DNA of 64,000 bases from a virus (IMGVR_UViG_2706796482_000001:69532-133531); one strand, 5' to 3'; positions 35,339 to 45,482 are shown, counted from the stretch's first letter. A program made the numbers and translations. Notes: generated by a model not told the origin, from the letters alone.

Positions 35339-35788
35339 ATGAACAAGCGAATCGTTACCACTGCCGTATCCGCTGCCGTTGCTGGTGGGCTTGTCTTCGG
35401 ACTGACTGCTTGCGGTAAGGATGAGCCGCCAAAGGACTTTGCAAAGGCTTGCAAGGCTGCTGGTGGCAAGACCATGCGAGAGAATGACTTCGAGAGCCTG
35501 GGAATGGCTCCGATGGCATTTGTTGCTGGTAAGGGTGGTGGACGGTCAAGCTCTGGAGGTTCCAAGTCTGGAAGCTCAAAGAGTGGTGGATTTGGTGGGC
35601 TGTTCGGTGGCTCCAAGAGCAAGCCGAAGCAGAAGTCTCCCAAGATTCACAAGGCTCCGAAGAACGATGGCTGGAAGATGGCCGGTGGTAACAAGTCTAC
35701 TTCCAAGCCTAAGAAGAAGTCCAAGAAGCACGATGACAACGAGTGGGTTTGTGTCAAGAACGGTCAGGAGCTTTTCGACCAGGATTGA
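35339..35788 (+). CDS. Lipoprotein with Gly/Ser/Lys-rich linker
   Basis: Signal peptide and lipobox LTAC. Confidence 0.7.
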   Translation: MNKRIVTTAVSAAVAGGLVFGLTACGKDEPPKDFAKACKAAGGKTMRENDFESLGMAPMAFVAGKGGGRSSSGGSKSGSSKSGGFGGLFGGSKSKPKQKSPKIHKAPKNDGWKMAGGNKSTSKPKKKSKKHDDNEWVCVKNGQELFDQD

Positions 35789-35824
35789 CACACTCAGTGC
35801 CTTGGTGATACACTAAGTGCACAA

Positions 35825-35906
35825 GCGCCTATGGTGGAATGGCAGACACACTAGACTGAGACTCTAGGCCCTGATGGGCGTCCGGGTTCAACTCCCGGTG
35901 GGCGTA
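35825..35906 (+). tRNA. tRNA-Leu(GAG)
   Basis: Loop CTGAGAC, long variable arm. Confidence 0.92.
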
Positions 35907-36106
35907 CGTGAAAATGGGAAGCAGGATTCAGGTCAAGTATTTCGTTGACACGAAGACTATGACCGATTATTCTGACAGTAAAGGTCAAGCTCTTACACGA
36001 GAGCGTGGCAATAAATGGGGTGTAAGGATTGATGGTCGAAAGGGGCCAAATCTAATCATCCCAGAAGGTCAGCTTAAAGAAATTCCCTGGGAACAAGGAG
36101 AATAAA

Positions 36107-36337
36107 TTGCCTGACATGCCTTACATGGAACGAGTCGGACGACAGTTCGTTTCTGACATGAACGAGGTTCTGACTGGTATCGACCGAATCAATTCTCTTC
36201 GAGCGGTGGCCAAGCCTACCAATCGAGAGAAGGCTGATAAGTATCTCAAGCTGTACACTGAGCAGAACCTTCCGCCAAAGACCATGGCAGAATGGCGAGT
36301 GCTTCGTGACGGAATGATTAAAAGGCTTCGAGGCTGA
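36107..36337 (+). CDS. Hypothetical protein
   Basis: AAGGAG RBS. Confidence 0.6.
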   Translation: MPDMPYMERVGRQFVSDMNEVLTGIDRINSLRAVAKPTNREKADKYLKLYTEQNLPPKTMAEWRVLRDGMIKRLRG

Positions 36338-36344
36338 GGCCCCA

Positions 36345-36415
36345 ACCCGCTTAGCTCAATGGTAGAGCACTTGCTCGACACGCAAGTTACGTGAGTTCAA
36401 TTCTCTCAGTGGGTA
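36345..36415 (+). tRNA. tRNA-Val(GAC)
   Basis: Cloverleaf, loop TCGACAC (C33). Confidence 0.85.
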
Positions 36416-36850
36416 CTCCCAAAAGAAAGAAAAGATGATGGCTCTAGGTAATGCGGTAGAAATCGTGATGGCCACTTATCAATTGGTCTATCCCGAAGCT
36501 CCCTACGAGTGGCTTGAGAAGGCTGCAAACGAGACTCTTCATTGGAGTGCTCGTGTAACCAACCCTACTCTTGAGCAGATGAATGCTCATGAGGCCCGTA
36601 TCCGCAAGATGTGTACGACAGGACAGTGGTAAAATGTTTGACAGCAACAGCGTCAAAGTAGGAATTCTCGTCCTGCTGGGCTTTCTTGGTTTCGTGTTCT
36701 CCATCGCTGGTGGAATCGTAGCCAATAGCTATCTGGAAAACCAGAAGGTCGATAAATGCATTTCTGCTGATAAGATTTGGGCAGAAGGTGCATGTGTGAA
36801 CAACATCAACGAACTTAGGTACGTTGACAACGACTGATTCGTCAGTCTCT

Positions 36851-36926
36851 GGCCCTGTAGCAGAATCAGGTATATGCGGCGGTCTCAAACACCGCGTCAA
36901 TGTGGGTTCGAGTCCCATCAGGGCTA
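36851..36926 (+). tRNA. tRNA-Leu(CAA), short variable region
   Basis: Loop CTCAAAC. Confidence 0.87.
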
Positions 36927-36927
36927 C

Positions 36928-37152
36928 ATGGAATATGAACTATCAGAGGCTCCAGAAGGATACACATGGGAGCTAGGGACCACAGATGGTCCTTTCATGG
37001 GCACAGAAGGCGTCAGCTACGAGGTGAAGCTTTCAAAGAATGGCAAGGTAGTAGAAACACGAGGAGTGTTTGTTCCAAAGGCGAGAGAGGCAGAGACAGC
37101 TTCTTTCATCAAGGCCATGGAGCAGAGCATTCGAATGAGTCTCGCTAACTGA
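36928..37152 (+). CDS. Hypothetical protein
   Basis: ORF between tRNAs. Confidence 0.55.
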   Translation: MEYELSEAPEGYTWELGTTDGPFMGTEGVSYEVKLSKNGKVVETRGVFVPKAREAETASFIKAMEQSIRMSLAN

Positions 37153-37160
37153 GACTTTAT

Positions 37161-37243
37161 GGAAGGTGAGCGAGAGGTCTCGCAGGTAGTTTGCTAAACT
37201 GCTGGATTGTAAAAGGTTCGGGGTTCGAATCCTCCTCCTTCCG
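37161..37243 (+). tRNA. tRNA-Ser(GCT)
   Basis: Loop TTGCTAA, long variable arm, G73. Confidence 0.82.
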
Positions 37244-37380
37244 CATGTACTATATCAATTGCTCAAGATGCGGACCACATATGTCACATTCCAACTATAT
37301 GGAAGACGGTGTATGTGGTCTTTGTCTTTTGGTTGAATTGACAGAAGAACTTGGACTTTATGAAAATCAGGGAGGTGTAA

Positions 37381-37620
37381 ATGAAGAAGAAGTGGATAGC
37401 GCCCGGAACGAGATTGATGGACCGAGCGTACATGAGGGACCGTAGTGGTAATGTACATACAGGAGAAGCACTCCTGCTTGCTCTGCTACTACATGCAAAG
37501 GGCAGAACCAAGCGTAGTCAGGACGAGCTGACAGACGTTAGCAAGATTATGAAGGACAGAAACCTACCGAAGGAGAAGCGTGGAGCAGGTAGAAGGACCC
37601 AAGCTCGTAAGCTATCTTGA
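37381..37620 (+). CDS. Hypothetical basic protein
   Basis: GGAGGT RBS. Confidence 0.6.
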   Translation: MKKKWIAPGTRLMDRAYMRDRSGNVHTGEALLLALLLHAKGRTKRSQDELTDVSKIMKDRNLPKEKRGAGRRTQARKLS

Positions 37621-37939
37621 GTGGCACTACGGAGACATTGAGAAGTTCGTCAAGAATCTCTGGGGTCAGGAATGGGAGGGTGGCGCTGCGATGGGATTTC
37701 CTCATCAGGACACCTACCATGATGTTGAGGTAGACTATGGCGTCGAAGAAGATGACGAACTCAATCTATGGATTGATGACTACACCTTTGAAGAGGCTAA
37801 GACTGCCATTGACAAGTTCAAGGCTGAGGGGATGCCTCGTGAAGAGTACGCAGAGCCCGGTGTTCAATTGCTTCTTAACTGGCTAGCCTATGAGGGTCAC
37901 ATCGAAAAGGGCAAATACCGAGTGACGGTGTACTGGTAA
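37580..37939 (+). CDS. Hypothetical acidic protein
   Basis: AAGGAG RBS. Confidence 0.65.
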   Translation: MEQVEGPKLVSYLEWHYGDIEKFVKNLWGQEWEGGAAMGFPHQDTYHDVEVDYGVEEDDELNLWIDDYTFEEAKTAIDKFKAEGMPREEYAEPGVQLLLNWLAYEGHIEKGKYRVTVYW

Positions 37940-38220
37940 TGGGGTGGGCAGGCGGAACAAGCTTCTTTGACGGACCTCTGGACCTCATGCTAGAGTACGT
38001 ACCAGAGAACAAGCGCAGGGAAGTCATCGAGAAGCTGTACAGAACCATCAGAGATGGCGACTGGGATACAGTCGATGAGTCATCCTACTTCAACTTGCTT
38101 GTGAAGTATGATATTGATGGGTATGGTGAATATAAAACAGACCCTGATTATCTTGCCGAATTGAGTGATGAGGAGCGAGCTGAACTTGAGGACGAGACAG
38201 CGGAATCTGGCACGCTGTAG
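37939..38220 (+). CDS. Hypothetical protein
   Basis: MGWAGG..DWDT.DES; TAATG overlap. Confidence 0.65.
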   Translation: MGWAGGTSFFDGPLDLMLEYVPENKRREVIEKLYRTIRDGDWDTVDESSYFNLLVKYDIDGYGEYKTDPDYLAELSDEERAELEDETAESGTL

Positions 38221-38588
38221 ATGTGGGAGGCCAATTCTTATTGGCCACCTACGCCAGTATAATGGTAATGACACCAAGCTTTGCCCAGCATGTAATGCTG
38301 AGGCCATGATTGAGGAGATTAAGAATCGTGACAGGTCCGAGGGCCTTGACAGCGCTGATTCTGACGGGTACGATTCTTAACATAGTGTTCCTCGCACTCG
38401 CTGCACAAGCAATCAATGGAACGATAAAAGAAATCGGCAATGACATACAGCGAAATGCGTGTAGACATGCGAATCCGGAACTCGAAGACTGGTCTCAAAG
38501 CGACTATTGCGACTAAGGCCAGTGGTCAATTCCGGATTGTAGATGAGAACGGTCATGTAGAAGACTTCGACCGGTATGATGCCGGTGA

Positions 38589-38963
38589 ATGGGAGAAAAT
38601 ACAGTAATGGGATTCTTCAAGGACTTTCGAAACATCGTAGCCTTCGAAAATTCACCCAACAAGGTGGATATTCAGGAATGGGACTGTTTCGATGACCTCG
38701 TTCAAGAGTGGAAGCGGTATTTCGAGCAGTATGCTCGTAAGAACAACACCAAGCCTGCCGACCTCCAGTTTGGTGGAGGCGTATTCGATTCAGCAATGAA
38801 TCTGGATGGCTCTACTCCACCTGCAAAGCGAAGCGGTGGCAATTGTACTGCTCGTGCCGTCCACCTTTTCAATAAGTATGGCCGTGGCTCTGGGCCGTCA
38901 TATGGAGCTGCAATGGCTGAGGGACTTCACCTTGCCAAGGGTGGCCGTAGCAACTACAGGTGA
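38589..38963 (+). CDS. Hypothetical protein
   Basis: 124 aa ORF. Confidence 0.6.
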   Translation: MGENTVMGFFKDFRNIVAFENSPNKVDIQEWDCFDDLVQEWKRYFEQYARKNNTKPADLQFGGGVFDSAMNLDGSTPPAKRSGGNCTARAVHLFNKYGRGSGPSYGAAMAEGLHLAKGGRSNYR

Positions 38964-38969
38964 CTTGAC

Positions 38970-39209
38970 ATGAGTGACATGAAGCAGTACGCTGTAATGG
39001 TCCGAGTGGAATTCACCTGGGAAAACGAGTATGGTGATGAACGTAAGACTTGGGCCACTAACATCGGAAATTATGGGTCCAATGACCCTGACTCGCTTCC
39101 TGAATGGATTGCAGCAAATCACATAACGTGTGAACCTCCTGGTCCTGAAAAGGTAAAGCGAGTTCTGTTTTCAGAAATCTCGTGCTACACCATCACAGAG
39201 GTGAAATAA
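38970..39209 (+). CDS. Hypothetical protein
   Basis: ORF in + gene run. Confidence 0.55.
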   Translation: MSDMKQYAVMVRVEFTWENEYGDERKTWATNIGNYGSNDPDSLPEWIAANHITCEPPGPEKVKRVLFSEISCYTITEVK

Positions 39210-39269
39210 TGTTCAAAGGAGAAGCTAACCGGTCTTTCTAATAAGGACCGGGCTTTTCTGTCTCTGGCC

Positions 39270-39584
39270 ATGACACTCAGTTTGAAGAGTAACATGAAGC
39301 AGAGGCATGGTGCAGTCATCGTAAGAGGTGGTAGAGTCCTCTCTAGGGGCTGGAACCTTTTGAAGAATGACCCCAACAACGTAAGCGATGAGCACATTGA
39401 GCGTTTTTGCTCTGTGCACGCTGAGGCAATGGCAATCGCCCGGTGCAAGAAGGCCACAGGTGCAACTATTTACATTGCACGCAATAAGTCAGGGAACGCC
39501 TGTCACTCCAAGCCCTGTCAGTCATGCCATGCAGCCATCGATGCTGCTGGCATCGCAAGGGTTGTGTACACGACTGGGCTCTGA
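39270..39584 (+). CDS. Zn-dependent cytidine/dCMP deaminase family protein (true start uncertain)
   Basis: HGAVIV, HAE, PCQSC, GIARVVY. Confidence 0.85.
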   Translation: MTLSLKSNMKQRHGAVIVRGGRVLSRGWNLLKNDPNNVSDEHIERFCSVHAEAMAIARCKKATGATIYIARNKSGNACHSKPCQSCHAAIDAAGIARVVYTTGL

Positions 39585-39630
39585 TAGACTCAACTACGTA
39601 AGCGGCTCACCACTACCAAGGAGATGAATC

Positions 39631-41544
39631 ATGGAGCCTACTGCTATTTACGCCGAGCGCAAGGGTAACCTTGCTGGCGAAACCGTCGCAATGAGCGTTG
39701 ATGCTGCAAGCATGGCTCACGTCATGAGCATCCTGACTGACCTCTATTCAGACCCTGTTCTGGCTGTCATTCGGGAGTACAGCACCAATGCCTTTGACTC
39801 TCACGTCGAGGCCGGTGTGCAGAGGCCCATTGAGGTTTCCATTCCCAATGCAATGTCTCCCTTTTTCAAGGTCCGAGACTATGGTGTTGGCCTGTCTGTT
39901 GAAGACATTCGCAACGTCTATTCCAAGTACGGTGCAAGCACCAAGCGCTCTACCAATGAGCAGGTCGGTATGCTTGGCCTTGGATGCAAGTCTGCTTTGA
40001 CTTACACTCAGCAGTTCACTGTTCGTTCTGTCAAGGACGGTCAGATGGCTCACGTCGCCATTTCTCGTACTGAGGATGGTTCTGGTGTGATGCAGGTTGT
40101 TCACACTCAGGAAGTCGATGAGCCGAATGGCGTGGAGATTTCTGTCCCTGTTCATCGTCAGAATGACTTTGAGTGGAAGGCAAAGGAATTCTTCAAGTTC
40201 TGGGAGCCTGGCACTGTTCTGATTGATGGCGTTGAGCCTGACCGATTTGATGGTCTTAAGCTCAGTGACAACATCACCCTTGTTGAGGGCAGTAACACTG
40301 ACTATGTTGTCATGGGTAACGTTGGATACCGAGTGAGCAATGAGAACACTCTGTACCGTCCTCAGAATGGCTACTACCATGGTCGCAACTTTGGCATCAT
40401 TGCAAAGGTTGCAATTGGTTCTGTGAACTTCACTCCTTCACGTGAAGACCTTCACTACACAGAGCACACGTTGAAGACGCTTGAGAATCTGCGTGACGAA
40501 ATCAAGAATGCCTTCGTCACCACCATTCAGGCTGCTGTTGATGCAAAGCCTGACCATCCTTCTGCTCGTGCTGAGTGGGAGAAGTGGCGTCAGCTTTCTG
40601 GTCTCAATCAGAATGTCATCACCTACAAGGGTGAGCAGATTCCTACTGAGATTGCTCAAGCGCACATGCGCTACCGTCAGGACTATGGCCGAAACTCTGT
40701 GAATTTCCATCACAGCATTCGGTTCAATGAGGTCAATCGGTACGTTCTTATCAGTGGCTATGAGAATGGTGAGATTTCTACGTCTCATCGTGCAAAGATG
40801 CGTCTTTGGGCTGAGCAGAATGGCGTGGCATCTCGTAGCTTCATCGTTACCAAGTCTGTCATTGAGCAGAAGTGGTTTACGGCTGACAAGGCTGTCACAT
40901 GGGAAGAGGTTTTTGCTACAAAGAAGCCTCGTGTTCCTCGTACAGAGTCTGTTGAAACTTTCTCTGTCATGACCTCTGGTCAGCGCTATGCACAGATGCA
41001 TCGCATCGCTGACCTTGACAAGACCAAGACCATCATCGTATGGTCTAACGGTGACGACAGGTACGAAGATATGATTGGCCAGATTGTCAGGCTTCATGGC
41101 AACGCTTACGCTGTTCGTCTGCCTAAGAACCGTTGGGACAAGTTCCTGCGTGAGAACGCAAATGCGGTAAAGGTTGACGATGTTGTCTCTGCGATGGTCA
41201 AGAAGGCTTTTGACAAGCTCTCTGACGACGAGAAGCTGAGCATGAGCATTGACTACTACGACCGTGGTACGCTGATGCGACTCGATGCCAAGCGTATTGA
41301 CGACCCTGAGCTGGCGCGGTACACTAAGGTGGTACAGAGCATCCGCAAGTCAGACGCCATTGACAACTTCAACGAGATTTCAAGCGTCTGCTCTCGACTG
41401 CACATCGACCGTCCTACGGTTGACAAGGTGGAGAGTCCCAAGGTAAAGTATCCTCTGCTGGCTGCGGTTGACAGCGCTTTCGGTCTTGCTGCTGAGCACT
41501 TCTACCTCTACGCAAACACTGTCTACTCCAAGGAGAACAACTAA
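39631..41544 (+). CDS. rIIA: rIIA-like protein
   Basis: N-terminal GHKL ATPase (LYSDP..IREYSTNAFDSH, RDYGVG, YGASTK, GMLGLGCKS), PSRE.L. Confidence 0.9.
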   Translation: MEPTAIYAERKGNLAGETVAMSVDAASMAHVMSILTDLYSDPVLAVIREYSTNAFDSHVEAGVQRPIEVSIPNAMSPFFKVRDYGVGLSVEDIRNVYSKYGASTKRSTNEQVGMLGLGCKSALTYTQQFTVRSVKDGQMAHVAISRTEDGSGVMQVVHTQEVDEPNGVEISVPVHRQNDFEWKAKEFFKFWEPGTVLIDGVEPDRFDGLKLSDNITLVEGSNTDYVVMGNVGYRVSNENTLYRPQNGYYHGRNFGIIAKVAIGSVNFTPSREDLHYTEHTLKTLENLRDEIKNAFVTTIQAAVDAKPDHPSARAEWEKWRQLSGLNQNVITYKGEQIPTEIAQAHMRYRQDYGRNSVNFHHSIRFNEVNRYVLISGYENGEISTSHRAKMRLWAEQNGVASRSFIVTKSVIEQKWFTADKAVTWEEVFATKKPRVPRTESVETFSVMTSGQRYAQMHRIADLDKTKTIIVWSNGDDRYEDMIGQIVRLHGNAYAVRLPKNRWDKFLRENANAVKVDDVVSAMVKKAFDKLSDDEKLSMSIDYYDRGTLMRLDAKRIDDPELARYTKVVQSIRKSDAIDNFNEISSVCSRLHIDRPTVDKVESPKVKYPLLAAVDSAFGLAAEHFYLYANTVYSKENN

Positions 41545-42510
41545 ATGTCCAACCTCCAGTACAGCCTGATTCGTAACTCTGGTGGAGAGGTCATCACCGT
41601 TTTTGCAAACGGCGAGATGTACTCTGCTCTGGATACTCACCCGAATTGGGCCGGTATCAAGGCTGGTGCTGAGGCTGATGACCCCAATGTCATTGACCTC
41701 TTTGACATCGGTCGTACTGCTCAGATTCGCTTTGAGCGTCTTTCCGAGCGCGTCACTGTTCGAAACGGCAAGGTGCATTGGGACAACGTTCCTGTTCACT
41801 CTGCCCTGACAGAGCAGGTCGTTCGCTTCATTGAGAATGGTCAGGAAGATTTCGGTCCTCTTGTCGAGTTCTTCGAGAAGGTTCAGACCAACGAGAATGA
41901 GCACAGTCGAGAGCAGCTTTTCGATTGGCTCAAGGTTCACGACTTCACGATTCTTCCCAACGGTAACTTCATCGGTTACAAGGGTGTGCGTGTGAATGGT
42001 GATTCTTTCGAGAGCATCAGCCACGGTAACGCAATCAGCAATGGCATTGAGTACACTGGTGCCATTCCTAACCCTGTCGGTGCGGTTGTTGAGATGCCTC
42101 GTGACCAGGTTCAGCATGACCCTTCTGTGGGCTGTCACACGGGTCTGCATGTTGGCACTTGGGATTACGCTTCTGGCTTTGCTCAGGGTGCAGTCCTCAA
42201 GGTTGAGGTAAATCCTCGTGACGTTGTTTCTGTTCCGACCGATTGTGGTTGGCAGAAGCTTCGTACCTGCCGATACACTGTTCTTGAGGTCATTGACGCT
42301 CCTGTTGATGGTCCTCTGGACCTTGACCCTGCAATGGCTGACGATGGCGGTCAGGCTCTCTGGGCGGAAGCCGAAGAGGACTACATCGACATGGTTGCCA
42401 AGAGCACTAACCCCATCGTGAAGACGATGGCTGGAGTGGTCGATACTCGATTCAATCACCTTCGTCAGAAGCGTGACGCGAATGGTCGATTCATTCCAAA
42501 GAGCAAGTGA
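41545..42510 (+). CDS. rIIB: rIIB-like protein
   Basis: GNFIGYKGV, VVEMPR.QV..D....CHTGLHVG...YA, VNPRDVVSVP.D...KLRTCRY. Confidence 0.9.
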   Translation: MSNLQYSLIRNSGGEVITVFANGEMYSALDTHPNWAGIKAGAEADDPNVIDLFDIGRTAQIRFERLSERVTVRNGKVHWDNVPVHSALTEQVVRFIENGQEDFGPLVEFFEKVQTNENEHSREQLFDWLKVHDFTILPNGNFIGYKGVRVNGDSFESISHGNAISNGIEYTGAIPNPVGAVVEMPRDQVQHDPSVGCHTGLHVGTWDYASGFAQGAVLKVEVNPRDVVSVPTDCGWQKLRTCRYTVLEVIDAPVDGPLDLDPAMADDGGQALWAEAEEDYIDMVAKSTNPIVKTMAGVVDTRFNHLRQKRDANGRFIPKSK

Positions 42511-42604
42511 TGTTGGGCCCCTTCGGGGGCCTTTCGTCGTCTCTTGACACAGTGCTCTACAGGATGTTAGAGTTAGTACAACGACGAACGAAAGGAAGGG
42601 CGTC

Positions 42605-43372
42605 ATGAAGATTGTCATCGCAGGCGACTGGCATGGTGACACGAATCACGCTCGAAAGGTTGTCCGTCTCGCTGCTGAGAATGGTGTAAAGGTCATCATG
42701 CAGGTTGGTGACTTTGGCTATTGGGAGCACGAGGTTGACGGATTCAACTATCTTGACGCTCTGAATGATGAGTGTCGGAAGTATGGTGTCAAGGTCTACT
42801 TTGTGGCCGGTAACCATGAGAACTGGGACCGTCTAGACTGGATGGAGAAGAATAACCCAAAGACCTACGCAGGTCTGACCGTTATCCGTTCTCACATTCG
42901 CTACACAGGCCGTGTGAAGCGCTGGTCTGTGGATGGAAAGTGGTTCCAGGCTGTTGGTGGAGCCGTAAGCATTGACAAGGCTCATCGTAAGCTCGGTAAG
43001 TCTTGGTGGGCTCAGGAGGCTGTTCCTGAGCGTGTGGTAAAGGGTCTGGAGAATGCAGGTCGTCAGTCTGACTACCTTCTTACTCATGACGCTCCGACGT
43101 GTGCACCATTTCGATTCCGGCTTAAGAATGACCCTGACTCTCAGATGCATCGAGAGCTGATGAATCGTGTAGGTCGAGTCGTAAAGCCTAAGCTTTGGTT
43201 TCATGGGCATTACCACACATGGATGGAGAACTACTCATTCATGCATCAGACAGGCTATAGCAGCGTGTATGGTCTTGAAATGAATGGCGACTTCTACCAC
43301 TGTGTTGTTCTTGACACTGAGACCGATTCAGTGCAGACTAGGACTGGTAAGGTCATCGAGCTAGAGCAGTAA
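42605..43372 (+). CDS. Calcineurin-like metallophosphoesterase
   Basis: GDWHG, GDFG, GNHE, THDAP, HGHYH. Confidence 0.9.
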   Translation: MKIVIAGDWHGDTNHARKVVRLAAENGVKVIMQVGDFGYWEHEVDGFNYLDALNDECRKYGVKVYFVAGNHENWDRLDWMEKNNPKTYAGLTVIRSHIRYTGRVKRWSVDGKWFQAVGGAVSIDKAHRKLGKSWWAQEAVPERVVKGLENAGRQSDYLLTHDAPTCAPFRFRLKNDPDSQMHRELMNRVGRVVKPKLWFHGHYHTWMENYSFMHQTGYSSVYGLEMNGDFYHCVVLDTETDSVQTRTGKVIELEQ

Positions 43373-43459
43373 CCTCCGCTTCATAATCAAGTCTGTGTTA
43401 CTCTTTTAGAGAATTCTTCAAGAATGCGCAGACTTGAGGAGAAGGAGGTGAATTCAAAA

Positions 43460-43819
43460 ATGGCAGAATACAAGTACGAGCCAAAGACTTCTCAGGACGT
43501 TGTTGCTCCACACCTTGACCCACTAGCGGACGAGGATGCAAAGCGTGCTGAGGATGCAGGTGTAAAGGACTCAGCTTTTGTTGATTACGAGGCCGCTCTC
43601 GATAACTATCAGAGCCGTGCAGACGTAGAGACTCTAGCTGCCCGTCGTGCCCGTGAGGGTGGATGGAAGTTCGAAGACGCTGCATTCCGTCGTTCTGCAA
43701 AGGACGATGAGCTAACCGGTGGTGGTGTTGTCACCTCTGACCAGGCAACCGATAAGGCACCTGAGCAGGACAAGGACTTTAAGAACACTACGCCAGCAGC
43801 TCGAAAGTCAAGCAAGTAA
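43460..43819 (+). CDS. Hypothetical charged protein
   Basis: AAGGAGGTG RBS; follows CTTCAT-N14-TACTCT. Confidence 0.7.
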   Translation: MAEYKYEPKTSQDVVAPHLDPLADEDAKRAEDAGVKDSAFVDYEAALDNYQSRADVETLAARRAREGGWKFEDAAFRRSAKDDELTGGGVVTSDQATDKAPEQDKDFKNTTPAARKSSK

Positions 43820-43836
43820 GCATAGACTTCATAATT

Positions 43837-43868
43837 GAACAGGGAGGTTAATAGCCTCCCTGTTCTTT
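43837..43868 (+). terminator. Rho-independent terminator
   Basis: GAACAGGGAGGT-TAATA-GCCTCCCTGTTC-TTT. Confidence 0.75.
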
Positions 43869-43898
43869 GTCAGCACAACAAGAAAAGAGAAAGCTATT

Positions 43899-44138
43899 AT
43901 GTCTGTTGTTCTAGATTACAACAATGTTGACAAGTTCGTTACTGAGCAGAAGGCGCTTGGTAATGATGTTCGATGGGAAGAGTGGAACCTAATCTTCTTC
44001 CGCAAGAGCAAGAATCATTCTGGTTGGTCAAAGCGTGACGGTGCTTACCGAAACGGCAACTGGGGATTTCAGACGCGCATTGCGGTGGGAGCAGATGGGA
44101 AGTGGAGGGTTCCTAACCGCAATGTCAAGCATTCTTGA
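43899..44138 (+). CDS. Hypothetical protein
   Basis: ORF upstream of WhiB. Confidence 0.65.
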   Translation: MSVVLDYNNVDKFVTEQKALGNDVRWEEWNLIFFRKSKNHSGWSKRDGAYRNGNWGFQTRIAVGADGKWRVPNRNVKHS

Positions 44139-44430
44139 GCAAAGGGGCATAAGTCCAGAGGAAATTGAGTGGGAAGACCTGGCACTATGTCGTGGTCTTC
44201 CCACTTCTTTCTTCTTTGAGACTTATGAGCAGGACAAGATTTCTGCCCGGTACGTAGACGAGATGTGCCTTAGCTGTCCAGTAATGAAGCAATGTGCAAT
44301 GGCAGCCAAGGATAACAATGGCTTTGGAGTTTGGGGTGGCGTTTATTGGAACGCTGCAAAGGTAGACACTTACCGTAATGCCCATAAGACTCCAGAGGTG
44401 TGGAAGAGAATCAAGGAGAGATTGTCATGA
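44122..44430 (+). CDS. whiB: WhiB-family transcription factor
   Basis: W...ALC..FF..C.SCPVMKQC...GVWGG. Confidence 0.9.
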   Translation: MSSILEQRGISPEEIEWEDLALCRGLPTSFFFETYEQDKISARYVDEMCLSCPVMKQCAMAAKDNNGFGVWGGVYWNAAKVDTYRNAHKTPEVWKRIKERLS

Positions 44431-44738
44431 GTGTCGAGAACGCTTGGGCCTTGATGCAGATGCAGAAGACTGAGGAGCTGTTCAGGGAATTCAGTTTTGA
44501 GCCAGGTACAGGATTCACCTGCGACCTTGTTAAATACCCTGCAACGCAGCACGACGTTCCTAACTATGCACTCAGGGCGTACAGCAGCACCTATGACAAT
44601 CTCACTGAGCACCAGAGGATGCTAATCGCAGAACAGATTGGCAGACTCATTCAGTCGATTCGTTCCCTTGGTGTAAACTGTATATTGGAGGTCCATGATG
44701 CACCGGGAAAGTCAGGTAGTAAGGGTAGAAACGGATGA
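44427..44738 (+). CDS. Hypothetical protein
   Basis: AAGGAG RBS, ATGA overlap. Confidence 0.6.
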   Translation: MSVENAWALMQMQKTEELFREFSFEPGTGFTCDLVKYPATQHDVPNYALRAYSSTYDNLTEHQRMLIAEQIGRLIQSIRSLGVNCILEVHDAPGKSGSKGRNG

Positions 44739-44879
44739 AGGTCTGGCGCTCGGAATAATTGAGAAGGTATTGGCGTTTCATTGTCTGGTGAAGTATTGGG
44801 ATGATGAGGGCGAATGGCAGCTTGATTACTTCGAGCATGACGACGTTGAGGTCATTGGCGAAATAGGATATGAGGTAGA

Positions 44880-45110
44880 GTGAGAGAACTAGTTTGTGAT
44901 AGCTGTGGGGGTCAGAGGTTCAGCCTAACCTCTGTGCAGTCAAAACTTCTCGGAACCATGTCTTTCAATCTGTGCAACGGATGCAAGGACGATGGAAGAG
45001 AGCCACGATGGCTCATTGTTTTGGCGGCACGGAATGGTCAGGATGTGAGTCCCTGGCTTGACAACAAGCTATACGATGGAGCAGAAATCAAGCAGGAGGA
45101 TTTGAATTAA
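44880..45110 (+). CDS. Zn-ribbon hypothetical protein
   Basis: CDSC...CNGC..EPRW. Confidence 0.6.
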   Translation: MRELVCDSCGGQRFSLTSVQSKLLGTMSFNLCNGCKDDGREPRWLIVLAARNGQDVSPWLDNKLYDGAEIKQEDLN

Positions 45111-45117
45111 GCCTCCA

Positions 45118-45173
45118 GGCCGGGTATACTAGGCACATCTAGGGAACTATGGGGTTCAAATCCCTACCGGCCG
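45118..45173 (+). ncRNA. Miniature tRNA-like element (no D arm)
   Basis: GGCCGG/CCGGCC, CTAG-GCACAT-CTAG, TGGGG-TTCAAAT-CCCTA. Confidence 0.45.
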
Positions 45174-45202
45174 CAATAAAATCCCCTTGAGGGGAGGATA
45201 GG

Positions 45203-45451
45203 TTGTACGTTGAGAACGACACAGAAGTATCGCATTGCATCAAAGAATTGACCAGGGAGATATGGGCCACCATTAAAATGGTCTTGAGGTCCGAAGCCAC
45301 AGTAGAGCAAATTTACGAAGCAGCTTCCAGGGCCAAATTTCTACGTCTCTATATTGATAGATACCGTGTCAAGGAGTTCACTTCCCTCACCGATACTGAG
45401 CTTTGGCTAGCTCAGGAAGTAGCAGATGCAGTAGAAGACTTGATTGATTGA
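45203..45451 (+). CDS. Hypothetical protein
   Basis: GGAGG RBS. Confidence 0.55.
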   Translation: MYVENDTEVSHCIKELTREIWATIKMVLRSEATVEQIYEAASRAKFLRLYIDRYRVKEFTSLTDTELWLAQEVADAVEDLID

Positions 45452-45482
45452 CTTTTAACTCATCTGTGATTACAATTCAGGT

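Noticed and set aside
41380-42642. 420-aa minus-strand ORF
   Set aside because: Antisense shadow of rIIB caused by codon bias
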